Below, piece after piece: positions 37,521 through 47,551 of a stretch of 64,000 nt of DNA (the stretch's first letter is position 1; the number at the start of each line of letters is the position of its first letter). Position numbers and translations under genes: made by a program. Source of the DNA: an uncultured Gammaproteobacteria bacterium (GTDB taxonomy: Bacteria; Patescibacteriota; Patescibacteriia; UBA9570); assembly GCA_964385285.1 (NCBI GenBank), contig CAYLOJ010000002.1:67246-131245 (forward strand). Reading direction: 5' to 3'. The notes under the pieces were generated by a model that saw only the letters and a list, made by a program, of their open reading frames with translations, was not told the DNA's origin and made no database searches.

Positions 37521-38961
37521 CTACAGGTACAGGCTGCCGGCGGAGAAGTCGCCGCGGCCGTGACCCTCCACAGTCGCGAGGGCGGCCCAGAACGAACCGG
37601 GGCGGATCAGCTCATCCCAGCTCAGCGGGAGGTGGGACCGCAGGAACTGCTTCGGATCTGCGGCCAGCAACTTGCGGGCCGCTTCCTGCCAACGCCCGAT
37701 GAGACGGGCGTGGCGCAAGTCCACGGCCCAGAGACGATTCGAGTCGTCCACCGGAAGGTCCACCCGACGGATCTGCTCGGTGATCTCTTCCACCGACACC
37801 TGCGTGGCATCGCCGAGGCGGGCCGGGCAGAAGAAGTGGTCGGTGACCACGGGAATTCCCAGGCCGGGCAGATTGACGCTGAGCATGTTCGTGATGTCGC
37901 CATGCTGCGAGACCTTCAGGTCGTCCGCGATGCCGGCAGCGAGCGTGCGGGGCGTGAAGCCCAGCAAGCGCGCTACCAACAGTTCCCAGAGCTCCACCGT
38001 GAGGTAGGGGCCCAGGTTGCTGAACGCCACCGAGTGGACCTGATTCACTTCCGAGAGCTTCGTCATCTCCTTCACCAGGCGCTGACGCTGGCCGTAGGAG
38101 GTGGGCTCCGGGTGGAGATCGGACTGGATGTACGTGCCACTCCGAACGAAGAGGCGCATCATCATCTCGATGGCGGCGCCAGCCACGGCTTCCGCCGAGA
38201 CGACCTCCATCATCCCAATGCAGGTGATCGCGATCGTCTCTTCGAGGCCGAACTGGCCGTTCTCGCCACAGCGCACGCCGACTCCGGTGTACTCGCCGTC
38301 CAGCTGGAAGGCGACCGGGTGCAGCGCGTGCTTCGGCAAGAACTGGCTGAAGGCCATCTGCGGAACGGCGTTCCCGACCGTGATCGGACCGTGGAACGGA
38401 GTTTCGAAGCCGATCATCCCGCGGGGGACGACCCGCCCGACACGCCGACCAGGCGTCCGGCCGAGCAGGTCGAGCTGCCCGCCGTGCACCGAGGCGGCGA
38501 GGTTCTTGCGGATGAGACCGGGTGCGATGTCCCCGTTGCTTGCCTCGTTGTGGGTGAAGCCGAGATTCATCCCCATGCCGCCGGTGGCCACCGTGCCGAT
38601 GTCGATCCAGGGGATCCCGGACCGCACGATCGGCTCGATGACACCGAAGACGTAGTCGATGACGTACTTGGCGATGTCACCCTGCTTGGAGGCAAGGCTT
38701 GCGATGTTCACGCTGTCGATGATGGCGATCGGCGTGAACCGGGCCACCAGCTTCTGCATGAACTGGGGGTTGAAGACGTCCACCTCCGGACCCGTGACGT
38801 ACTCGACGCCGGGGAGCGGGATGGGGTGGGGCCGACGGTCGACCACCACCGGCTTGAACGGAGACTCAGTGACCCCCGGGAAGGAAACGGCCTGGAGCTC
38901 ACGCACGATGGCGTGACCAACCAGACCGGCACCTCCGAGGATCAGAACGGTTCCGAGCATG
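37521..38961 (-). CDS. NAD(P)-binding Rossmann-fold protein of 480 aa, possibly saccharopine-dehydrogenase or homospermidine-synthase-like; function unresolved. GC-rich. The ORF extends to 39149, but the start is at MLGTV (38961) with a GGAGG RBS.
   Basis: N-terminal VLILGGAGLVGHAIVREL dinucleotide-binding motif. The overlapping plus-strand ORF 37467-38987 is Arg/Pro-rich antisense. Confidence 0.55.
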
Positions 38962-39067
38962 GAACCTCCCTTACTCTGGATTGTTGATGAACACACGCAG
39001 ATCAAAGGCATCTGCGCGGGAACATTCTGCTGATTTAGTTGTAATGTGTCAAGGGCAAATGATGCGT

Positions 39068-39934
39068 CTATTTCTGACACTGTGGACAATAATGGGTGCC
39101 CCGACCTGCGCAACGGGTTTTCTTGATGATGGCTTTGCACCGACTGCACGGTTCACCATCACGATCGTAGACTTTGCGTTTATTCCAGTAGGATCCAGTT
39201 TTACCATCCACTCGGTAGTAATGACTAAAACTAGTGCCACCTAATTGGATGGCTTCTTTCAAAATATCTCGACTCGCTGTAAACACGGCTTTACGTTCCG
39301 TAGCAGTGAGTGTGCCAACTCGGCGCATCGGTTTTACTTTGGCTTGCCAGCAGATATCATCGGCATAAATATTTCCGATACCAGCGATTGCTTGCTGGTT
39401 TAAGAGTACGGCTTTCAAACTCGTATTTTTCCGACGGCGTAAAGTGTTTTCAAAATAGTCTAAGGTAAAGGTCTTTTGAATGGGTTCAATTCCAAGATCT
39501 TTGGAGATAAAATACTGTTCAATGTCAGAAGAAGAATATAGTTCTACATAACCAAATTTCCGCATGTCATTAAAAAAGAGTTTACTCTTATCACTCAGAG
39601 TGAATTCAACTCGCGTATGGTGATTTGGTAGGTTGGTTTGTTCTTTACCCATGGTGTGCCCACCTAAAAATTTGGGCTGTTTGTCTTGATATAGCAACTG
39701 ACCAGTCATTTTGAGGTGAATCACAAAACCGTAACCAGACTTTAAATTGATTACCAGCCATTTGGCTTTGCGCTCCACACTGACAATCTTTTTAACTAAG
39801 ACAAATCTCTTAATTTCAGCTGGTGTACCCTTAAATTTTTTCTTTTCGTAAACTTTAAGATTCGTGATCGTTTTACCAACAACGTATTTTCTTAGGCCAC
39901 GGGCAACTGTTTCTACTTCTGGTAATTCTGGCAT
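39068..39934 (-). CDS. mutM: Formamidopyrimidine-DNA glycosylase (Fpg/MutM). The ORF runs to 40048, but the start is at MPELPEVE (39934). Low-GC gene between two GC-rich genes.
   Basis: N-terminal MPELPEVETV (catalytic Pro2/Glu3), H2TH domain, C-terminal zinc finger CSRC...CPQC. Confidence 0.9.
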   Translation of the reverse strand: MPELPEVETVARGLRKYVVGKTITNLKVYEKKKFKGTPAEIKRFVLVKKIVSVERKAKWLVINLKSGYGFVIHLKMTGQLLYQDKQPKFLGGHTMGKEQTNLPNHHTRVEFTLSDKSKLFFNDMRKFGYVELYSSSDIEQYFISKDLGIEPIQKTFTLDYFENTLRRRKNTSLKAVLLNQQAIAGIGNIYADDICWQAKVKPMRRVGTLTATERKAVFTASRDILKEAIQLGGTSFSHYYRVDGKTGSYWNKRKVYDRDGEPCSRCKAIIKKTRCAGRGTHYCPQCQK

Positions 39935-40010
39935 CAAAAAAGTATAGCATAGAAATGACAAAGCCCAGGTCCTCCACGGCTGGGCTTGTCCTCCTTGAGT
40001 TGTGGTTGTT

Positions 40011-40964
40011 CTACTTGCGTCGCCATGTCCGGTCGGAGGCGTTCTCACTCGCGTAGAAGCGGTTCAGCCATCTGGCGAGTACGGTTGGGTCCTCGTCGAA
40101 GCGACTGAGATCACCGCCACGGGCGAAGAACCTCAGTGCATCGGTGATTTCGTAGACGGTCGCGCGAGCCTGGCCGTTGATGTATGGCGCGAAGTTGCGC
40201 CAACCCTCAGCGTTGTCAGCGCGCAGTGCGACATTCACCCAGTAGACACCGACCTCACTGCCACGTGTTGCGCTCAGCAGTTCGAGGGTGCCCAGGTAGC
40301 GCGGGGGCAGTTGTTGCTCCCACTCCGCTAGATCCGGGATGGTGTCGGCGAACTTGCGTCTTGCCTCGGCGAAGCGCTCGGGCGTATAGCGCTGATCCGG
40401 GAGGATGACGATGGCGATGCCGCCTGGAGTACGCTTGGCCCGTGCCACTACGCGTTGCACCTGGTAGCGAAACCACCACCGCGCGAAGCTGTGCAACTTG
40501 CGCTGCAGCTGCGGCCAGCGCTTCCAGAGCGACCACTCATGAAAGCGAATTGCGAAGATCGCCAGACCTAGTCCCCACAACCCCCAACCCATCGGGTTGA
40601 AGATGTGCGAACCTTTGAGGACGAAGGCGATACGCCGGCTGATGTACAGCCCGGTGATGTACGCTACCGTCCAGGTCAGGATGGTGGGTGGATGCTTGAA
40701 CAGGACGATCTTGAGTCGATTGTCCTGCCGATATTCACCCGTGAAGTTGAATTCCCAGTTGAAGTTGATCGGGCGGAAGCACCAGTCATTGACTTGACGT
40801 CCCCACCACCAGGGCATCTGACTTAGCGGATGATAGGCTGTAAACCAGCCCATCGTTAGGCGCCAGGTCAACCCTCCAAGGAAGGCGATGATGCCCTCGA
40901 CGAGAGTGAGGAGAGCGAACCGCACGGCATACTGCCAGGGGTTCGGATTACGAGACGTCTGCAT
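40011..40964 (-). CDS. GC-rich hypothetical membrane protein with N-terminal TM helices and a cytoplasmic C-terminal domain of about 150 aa. Likely start MQTSRNP at 40964 with a GGAGG RBS.
   Basis: Trp-rich hydrophobic segments; no recognisable family. Confidence 0.5.
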   Translation of the reverse strand: MQTSRNPNPWQYAVRFALLTLVEGIIAFLGGLTWRLTMGWFTAYHPLSQMPWWWGRQVNDWCFRPINFNWEFNFTGEYRQDNRLKIVLFKHPPTILTWTVAYITGLYISRRIAFVLKGSHIFNPMGWGLWGLGLAIFAIRFHEWSLWKRWPQLQRKLHSFARWWFRYQVQRVVARAKRTPGGIAIVILPDQRYTPERFAEARRKFADTIPDLAEWEQQLPPRYLGTLELLSATRGSEVGVYWVNVALRADNAEGWRNFAPYINGQARATVYEITDALRFFARGGDLSRFDEDPTVLARWLNRFYASENASDRTWRRK

Positions 40965-41023
40965 AAGACCTCCGGGTTGTGGAAGAGCATAAGGCTGCTG
41001 CAGAGTAAGGAGTATTGCCCGGA

Positions 41024-41052
41024 TTGTCAATGCAAAGATCACATGCTAAACT
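41024..41052 (+). promoter_or_regulatory. Candidate promoter TTGTCA-N17-TAAACT giving a near-leaderless transcript for the 41063 gene and the helicase-nuclease gene
   Basis: -35 at 41024-41029, -10 at 41047-41052, ATG at 41063. Confidence 0.4.
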
Positions 41053-41062
41053 AGTTTTCATT

Positions 41063-41407
41063 ATGGTGGCTAAACCCAAAACAGTTAAATCGACACGCAA
41101 GAGCGTGCCAGGAAAAAAATTTAAAGAGGTGAGTATTGTTGAATTTTTAAATGTAAAAAAAGTTGAACGCAAAACGGACTTAATGCGTTTACTGACCCAC
41201 GTTGTTCAAAATTACACGAAAGACAAAGCCGTGTTGGTGCAGGCCAAAACAACCGTCAATACCATTGAGTACCGGGTTTTGAATAAACGTGTGGCATTGG
41301 CATTGGCGACACACGCGCAGGCAGCCTTCAAACAACATCATCCCACCGTTACTGTGACTACGCCAAACGACAGTGCCTATTGTCGCATTGTGGTTGAATT
41401 TAATTAG
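41063..41407 (+). CDS. Hypothetical small protein (114 aa) with a Lys-rich histone-tail-like N-terminus (likely start MVAKPK)
   Basis: AKPKTVKSTRKSVPGKKFKEV is followed by a domain of about 90 aa with no recognisable family; it is co-directional with the helicase-nuclease gene 20 nt downstream. Confidence 0.5.
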   Translation: MVAKPKTVKSTRKSVPGKKFKEVSIVEFLNVKKVERKTDLMRLLTHVVQNYTKDKAVLVQAKTTVNTIEYRVLNKRVALALATHAQAAFKQHHPTVTVTTPNDSAYCRIVVEFN

Positions 41408-41427
41408 TTTGAATCGTTTTTAATTTT

Positions 41428-44406
41428 GTGGCCGTTGAATTGGGTGCTGAATATTCAGTTCAGTATCGACTGCTGAACGCAGAACAACGCCGGGCTGTTG
41501 ATCATGTCGATGGTCCGATGTTAGTGTTGGCAGGAGCAGGCACAGGCAAAACGCAGATTATTGCTTTGCGGATCGCCCAGCTATTGCAAACTCAAGATCT
41601 TGAGCCCCGTAATATTCTCTGTTTAACTTTCACGGAAAGTGGCGTACAGGCCATGCGTGCACGCTTAGTTAACATGCTGGGTGCCACCGGCTATCAGGTG
41701 CGTGTACACACCTTTCACGGGTTTTGCAATGAAGTGATCTCTGAGCATCCTGAGGTGTTTTTAGCACAGTCCGCATTAGCAGCAGTATCCGACTTAGATC
41801 GCATCACCATTTTGGAGGAGATCATCGCAGACTTACCGGTTGATCATCCGCTGAAACCGTTTGGAGCTCCAGATTTTTATGTACCGGATTTACTTCGGGC
41901 GATTCAAACGTTGAAGCGAGAAAATATTTCATCCGAAAAGTTAACTGAGTTAGTAGCGGCGGGTGCAAAATTGGCCGAAGCTGAACCTATAGATAGTAAA
42001 GATAAACGGCGTTTAGCGGCTTTACAACGCCAAGTGCCTAAGCAGCAAGCTTTAATTGAGGTGTATCAACTCTATCAAACTAAGCTGCGCGAGCGTCAGC
42101 AATATGATTATGAAGATATGTTGCTCTACGTGATTAAGGCCTTTCAAGAACATCCGGATTTACTGGCTGATTTTCAAGAGCAATACTTATATGTATTGGT
42201 AGATGAATATCAAGATACGAACGGTGCGCAAAATGAAATTGTACATTTGTTAGGCGCCCATCAAGACGCACCAAACGTTTTTTTGGTGGGGGATGATCGT
42301 CAGTCGATCTATCGTTTCCAGGGGGCGGCTGTAGAAAACATCATCTTGTTTCAACAGCAGTATGGAGATGCCGCGGAGTTGGTGAGTCTCAAAGAAAATT
42401 ATCGTAGTCAACAATGGATCTTAGATGCGGCCAGTGCAATGATTCAACACAACCAATACAGCTTGGCGCATTATATTCCGGAGCTACAAACGGATCTGCA
42501 CGCGGCGCGTGAGTTGCCCTTAGCAAAAATCGAATTAGCGGCGCTCAGTTCTACAGCTACGGAATTGTTCTGGGTAACGCAACGGATCAGCCAGTTAATA
42601 CAATCCGGCGTGGCCCCACAGGAGATCGCAGTGTTGTTTCGTACCAACGGAGATGGCGAGGCGATGCGTGATGCCTGTGTGCGCCAAGGCATCCCTATTC
42701 AATTATCCGCCGGTGGGAATATCTTGGCCGATCCATTGATTCAACAGTTAATCCGTTTATTCCGTTTCATTGGCAGTAGTGGCAATGCGGAGGACCTCTT
42801 CAGCATCGCCCATTTTAGCTGGCTACAGTTGCCGATAGCTACGGTCGCACAATTAACGTATCAGGCAGCCAAAGCCAAACGTTGGCTATGGGAAGAATTT
42901 CAAATGTCTGATGATCCAGCGATTACTCAATGGACAACTAAACTACTCGAGTGGCGTACACAGATGCACAATCAGGTATGCACTCAATGGTTTTCTAAAG
43001 TGGTTGAGGAATCAGGTTGGTTACAATCCGTGATGCATACTGAACATAGCTTAGAGCATCTCAATCGTTTACAAACTCTGTTTCAAGCCATTCAAAATTT
43101 GTGTCGCGTAGACGTGACGACAACGATTAAAGAGGTCTTAGAATATTTAGACTTACTGCAGAAGCACGATCTCATGCTGGAAGAGTCACCGCTGCAAACG
43201 CAACTGCGTGCCGTGCAATTAATGACTGCACATCGGGCGAAAGGGTTAGAGTTTGCTCATGTCTTTATGATTCGCTGTCAAGATAAAAAATGGGGGAATG
43301 TGCCAGATCGTGCCAAGGTAAAATTACCGGAGGGGATTATACAATTACCGCCCGATGAAACCGTTGATATCAAAAATGAAGATGAACGTCGTTTGTTTTA
43401 TGTTGCCATGACGCGCGCTAAGGAACATCTCTACATCAGTCACGCCACCCATTCAGATACTGGTCGTGCTGTTCTGCCCAGTCAATTCATTGCGGAATTA
43501 CCAGTCGACATTATCGAAGCGGCAGCAGATGTCGCCACCGTGGAAGCAGAACCACAAGAGCGTTTATTGCAGGTCGGTACCGCACACGCTGCAGAGCCCA
43601 GTGCGGATTACCAGGCATTCGCCCAAGGTCTACTTGTCGATTATCGGATGAGTGCGACGCATTTAAATGATTATTTAGAATGTCCACGCCTGTTCTTTTA
43701 TCAGGATCTTTTACGTGCTCCGCGCGCGGCTACCCGTGCGGTCGGTTTTGGAATTGCCATCCACAACGCATTGCGTTTTGCCAGTGAACAATTTAACCAA
43801 ACTCAAGTGCTGCCCGCATTCGAGGAGGTCTGGGTAGTGTTCGAAGCAGACTTGCAAAAACAACTACTATCAAAAACCGATTATGCCGATAGTTTGGCAT
43901 TCGGGAAAACTACTCTCCAGCAATATTATACAGAGCAGTCCGCAGGGCTAATGCATAATCATTTTCCTGAAAAAGATTTTAGACCTTACCGTGTAGAGGT
44001 CGATGGTGTACCGTTAACCGGCAAGATCGATGGTATTGCGATTCAGGATGAGGCCGCCAAGTTAGTGCACGTCATTGATTATAAAACCGGCAATCCAGAT
44101 AATAAGAGCAGTGATTTAGCCGCAGGTGGCAACTATCATCGTCAGTTATTGTTTTATAAACTACTCTGTGATCATGCCAAAGGGTTTGGGTACACTGCAG
44201 TGTCTGGCGAGATAAACTTTGTGCAGATCAGTAAACAGAAACAAACCTATATCAAACGAGAATATGAATTTACTGAAGACGATGTACAGCGTACGCGCGA
44301 GGAAATTAAGACCGTTTATCAACATATTCAGCAGTTAGATTTCTTACAACCAGATCCTGCGGATCTCTGTGGGGAATGTACCTGGTGCACATTATTAAAA
44401 ACTTAA
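41428..44406 (+). CDS. UvrD/PcrA-family SF1 helicase fused to a C-terminal PD-(D/E)XK (RecB/Cas4-like, Cys-cluster) nuclease domain; an AddA-like single-chain helicase-nuclease
   Basis: Walker A VLAGAGTGKTQ, motif Ia LCLTFTESG, motif II VDEYQDTNGAQ, VGDDRQSIYRFQGA, and a second RecA-like domain. The C-terminal nuclease has the D/E-K core and Cys residues (...ECPRL... DLCGECTWC). Confidence 0.9.
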   Translation: MAVELGAEYSVQYRLLNAEQRRAVDHVDGPMLVLAGAGTGKTQIIALRIAQLLQTQDLEPRNILCLTFTESGVQAMRARLVNMLGATGYQVRVHTFHGFCNEVISEHPEVFLAQSALAAVSDLDRITILEEIIADLPVDHPLKPFGAPDFYVPDLLRAIQTLKRENISSEKLTELVAAGAKLAEAEPIDSKDKRRLAALQRQVPKQQALIEVYQLYQTKLRERQQYDYEDMLLYVIKAFQEHPDLLADFQEQYLYVLVDEYQDTNGAQNEIVHLLGAHQDAPNVFLVGDDRQSIYRFQGAAVENIILFQQQYGDAAELVSLKENYRSQQWILDAASAMIQHNQYSLAHYIPELQTDLHAARELPLAKIELAALSSTATELFWVTQRISQLIQSGVAPQEIAVLFRTNGDGEAMRDACVRQGIPIQLSAGGNILADPLIQQLIRLFRFIGSSGNAEDLFSIAHFSWLQLPIATVAQLTYQAAKAKRWLWEEFQMSDDPAITQWTTKLLEWRTQMHNQVCTQWFSKVVEESGWLQSVMHTEHSLEHLNRLQTLFQAIQNLCRVDVTTTIKEVLEYLDLLQKHDLMLEESPLQTQLRAVQLMTAHRAKGLEFAHVFMIRCQDKKWGNVPDRAKVKLPEGIIQLPPDETVDIKNEDERRLFYVAMTRAKEHLYISHATHSDTGRAVLPSQFIAELPVDIIEAAADVATVEAEPQERLLQVGTAHAAEPSADYQAFAQGLLVDYRMSATHLNDYLECPRLFFYQDLLRAPRAATRAVGFGIAIHNALRFASEQFNQTQVLPAFEEVWVVFEADLQKQLLSKTDYADSLAFGKTTLQQYYTEQSAGLMHNHFPEKDFRPYRVEVDGVPLTGKIDGIAIQDEAAKLVHVIDYKTGNPDNKSSDLAAGGNYHRQLLFYKLLCDHAKGFGYTAVSGEINFVQISKQKQTYIKREYEFTEDDVQRTREEIKTVYQHIQQLDFLQPDPADLCGECTWCTLLKT

Positions 44407-44407
44407 G

Positions 44408-45781
44408 ATGAAACGACCTTACCACATTATTGTAGTTGGTGCCGGCCTGGCAGGCCTCGGTGCTGCCTATGAACTCACAAAACATCCCGCATACCGTGTC
44501 ACTGTGCTCGAGCAGCGTGATCGTGTAGGGGGGCGCGTCTATGCATTACCCGTCGAGAATCAATTAGTCGACTTTGGTGGTTTTATTATCTATCCTTGGT
44601 ATCGACAGTTTCATCGTATTTTGGATGAACTCAAGATCAATGATCAATTAAAACCGATTCCACCGCAACAGATCTATTATCAACTCGGCGATCAAGGTGA
44701 GTATTACGCGCAAGACGAAATCCCGTTTTTAAAAAAGGATACTGCGCTGCTCGGATTAAAAATGGCGATGCCAGTGTTTCAAGCGCGTGATGTTGCAGCC
44801 CCGGCCTTGGATAGTTTTGATTATATGACCGGTGTTGAGTTTTTTCGAGATGCGTTGAATCAACCTGACCATGCCGGGCTCTACGAAACTTATACCGACA
44901 CTGTAAATCAAGGCTATTGTTACCCGCCGGCTGCTCAATTTAAAATGGCATTCATGGCACCATTTATCTTTAAGAGTCGATTCTACGGTGATGTGTCTTC
45001 GGCATCCTATTTATCTGGCGGCAATCAACTACCCCTTGCACTCGCAAAAGCCATTCAACACGGTGATCATACCATTCGGCTAAATACCACAGTGACGGGT
45101 TGTTCTGGTAGTGTCGTACATACTACGGATGGCGATCTCAATGCGGATGCTGTCATTTTCGCGCAGAATGTAGATCAGACTGTCTACCAAAGTGTTTTGC
45201 CCGATGTAGAGATCAACTGTAGTTATACGCAGTACTATGCTGTGACGATCGAACTATCGGCTGCGCCAGTAGTGAATGGTGATGCGAAGTGGGGTGGGGT
45301 ATTCTATCGGCCAAATCATCAACCCCTGCAAGTGGTCTCTTCAATTCATTTGCCGATTCTCTATGGGCAGCGTTTAGAACGTTACGTCACGCTCAATATT
45401 GTGAACCGCCAACCGAACGCTCATATTTTATCTGCGGATGAACTACTGAGTACGCTACAAGCCGAATTAGCCGAGCTATTTCCTGGTGTTACAGTGAAGC
45501 GACTATTTAATGTGATCTACTGGCCACAGACGATGCCGTTAGCCGATGAGGGATTTGTCGGTACTATGCGTGAACGCCAAGGTAAGTTGGGCCACTACTT
45601 TGCAGGAGATTGGTTAGGTGCTCCTTCGATGGAAGCAGCTTTAATTACCGGTGTCCGGGCAGCCGAACAACTGATGCAAGATACCTTAGTACAGTACGAT
45701 AAAGAAAAAGGCGGCCGGTTATCAGAGGCCTATCAACGCCTAAATAACAAAATCACCGGTATGTTACCGGTGCGACGCTGA
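44408..45781 (+). CDS. FAD-dependent oxidoreductase (amine-oxidase/phytoene-desaturase-like Rossmann fold)
   Basis: IIVVGAGLAGLGAAYEL...VTVLEQRDRVGGR dinucleotide-binding motif; C-terminal FAGDW...GAPSMEAALITG. Confidence 0.8.
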   Translation: MKRPYHIIVVGAGLAGLGAAYELTKHPAYRVTVLEQRDRVGGRVYALPVENQLVDFGGFIIYPWYRQFHRILDELKINDQLKPIPPQQIYYQLGDQGEYYAQDEIPFLKKDTALLGLKMAMPVFQARDVAAPALDSFDYMTGVEFFRDALNQPDHAGLYETYTDTVNQGYCYPPAAQFKMAFMAPFIFKSRFYGDVSSASYLSGGNQLPLALAKAIQHGDHTIRLNTTVTGCSGSVVHTTDGDLNADAVIFAQNVDQTVYQSVLPDVEINCSYTQYYAVTIELSAAPVVNGDAKWGGVFYRPNHQPLQVVSSIHLPILYGQRLERYVTLNIVNRQPNAHILSADELLSTLQAELAELFPGVTVKRLFNVIYWPQTMPLADEGFVGTMRERQGKLGHYFAGDWLGAPSMEAALITGVRAAEQLMQDTLVQYDKEKGGRLSEAYQRLNNKITGMLPVRR

Positions 45782-45953
45782 CTACACTTTAGACTGGGTC
45801 ACTTTGATTTTGTTGATACCCGTTACAATCTAGAGCTACTCCTTTGCGTTAGGCCACTGGCCTCTTGCAAAGTTCGATCGTAGCTATTGCGAGTCGAGTA
45901 CAAAGCTATACTAACATAGGCAGGTATTCTTGTCTAGTGCTATACTAGTCCAC

Positions 45954-46751
45954 ATGAGTAAAACTATCTTAATTACTGGGGTTTCCAGTGGAATTGGCAA
46001 AACAACAGCTCAGTATTTTAAAACTAAAGGATGGAAGGTCATTGGCACAACTCGCTCGACGTCTACTGATCCGTTGATCTATTCGTTAGAGGTCACTGAT
46101 GCTGCTGCCACTCAACAATGCATCGATACCATTGTCGCTGAACATGGCAAGATCGATGTGGTGTTGAATAATGCCGGTTATGGTTTGTATGGCGCTTTTG
46201 AGCAATGCAATGATGAGGATGTGCGCAAGCAATACGAAGTGAATGTTTTTGGTACGATGAATGTCTGTCGTGCGATTTTGCCACATATGCGCGGGTGGGG
46301 TGCCGGAACGATCATCAATATCTCATCGATTGGCGGCAAGTATGTCATTCCGTATTATGGTGTTTACAACAGTACCAAGTTTGCCGTGGAAGGGTTTAGC
46401 GAAGGCTTATGGCATGAAGTCAAACCCTTTGGGATCAAAGTAAAAGTGATCGAACCCGGTGCAATTGATACTGGCTTCTATAATAAATCCAAACAAGAAG
46501 GGAAATTAATGGCCATTGCTGCTGGTTATAAACAGATGTCCGATAAACTATGGGCGCAATATGCGGGCGCTGGTCAACATGGTTCCGCTCCGGAAGTAGT
46601 GGCAAAGGTAATTTATAAAGCTGCTACTAGTAGTTCCAAGCGTCTGCGTTATGCAGCAGCACGAGATGCGCATATCAGCATAGCGATCATGAAACTATTA
46701 CCGCACCAAATTGGTTTATGGCTCGCCAACCGCGCTACCGTTGGCCGTTAA
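45954..46751 (+). CDS. Short-chain dehydrogenase/reductase (SDR) family oxidoreductase. The ORF opens at 45930; the likely start is MSKTIL at 45954.
   Basis: TGVSSGIG cofactor motif, NNAG, and catalytic S...YxxxK (YNSTK). Confidence 0.9.
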   Translation: MSKTILITGVSSGIGKTTAQYFKTKGWKVIGTTRSTSTDPLIYSLEVTDAAATQQCIDTIVAEHGKIDVVLNNAGYGLYGAFEQCNDEDVRKQYEVNVFGTMNVCRAILPHMRGWGAGTIINISSIGGKYVIPYYGVYNSTKFAVEGFSEGLWHEVKPFGIKVKVIEPGAIDTGFYNKSKQEGKLMAIAAGYKQMSDKLWAQYAGAGQHGSAPEVVAKVIYKAATSSSKRLRYAAARDAHISIAIMKLLPHQIGLWLANRATVGR

Positions 46752-47551
46752 CCATCGGTTTAATCTTTGCGGTGATCATTGCAGTTTTGATTGTAACTGC
46801 AACATGGTCCGTTCGAGCGCTGTTTAAACGGACTGTATTTCAACCTTCCACGTCAGTCGTTAATGATCTCGATGCTTTTGGTTTACACTATTCTCAGCTA
46901 ACATTATCCACCGGTGAAACTGTGCAGGTTGTTGATCATTTGGTTACCGATAGTCCCTATATCATTTTATTTTTTCACGGCAACGCGGGCAATATCAGTA
47001 CAAACGTTGGGATGATGCATTTGCTAGTAGCGATGGGCTATAGTTATGCATTAATTGATTACCCAGGCTACGGCATGAGTACTGGACATCCTAATGAGAG
47101 TAATCTATACGCCAGTGGAGAAGCGCTGTATCAGTTTGCTCAAGATCAGGGTTATCAGCCCGATCAAATCATTATCTTTGGACAATCTTTAGGCGGTGGT
47201 GTGGCGGTGGAACTGGCACATGATCAACCGGCGCGCGCCTTGATCATCATGAGTACATTAGCTTCTACTGATTCCGCCATTCAGGATAAACAGTTGGCGC
47301 CATGGGTGACTTGGCTAACATCGAATTGGTTTGATAACGCAACAAAAATTCAAAACGTGCAAGCGCCTATCTTATTAATCCACGGTACCGCAGATGAAGT
47401 GTTGCCATTTCATCAGAGTGAGTTATTACAGGCTGCAAATGCTAAGGCCACCTTACTATCCGTTAAAGAAGCAAATCACCATAATGTTATTGATGTTTAT
47501 GGTCGAGAGGCACTGGCATCGGAGATTGATCGATGGATCTCTAACCACTGA
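46718..47551 (+). CDS. Membrane-anchored alpha/beta-hydrolase (S9/S33-like)
   Basis: N-terminal TM segment; GQSLGGGVA nucleophile elbow; downstream HGTADEV with the catalytic His region. Confidence 0.8.
   Translation: MARQPRYRWPLTIGLIFAVIIAVLIVTATWSVRALFKRTVFQPSTSVVNDLDAFGLHYSQLTLSTGETVQVVDHLVTDSPYIILFFHGNAGNISTNVGMMHLLVAMGYSYALIDYPGYGMSTGHPNESNLYASGEALYQFAQDQGYQPDQIIIFGQSLGGGVAVELAHDQPARALIIMSTLASTDSAIQDKQLAPWVTWLTSNWFDNATKIQNVQAPILLIHGTADEVLPFHQSELLQAANAKATLLSVKEANHHNVIDVYGREALASEIDRWISNH

Noticed and set aside
37467-38987. Long plus-strand ORF (506 aa) overlapping the minus-strand Rossmann gene
   Set aside because: It is Arg/Pro/Gly-rich with no motifs, typical of an antisense frame in about 65% GC DNA. 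The minus-strand frame has a GGAGG RBS and a Rossmann motif.
45836-45885. Possible tRNA or ncRNA: GCTAC...GGCCACTGGCC...AGTTCGATCGTAGC
   Set aside because: It is only about 50 nt and has no D-arm or anticodon-loop geometry. It is probably just a structured UTR hairpin.
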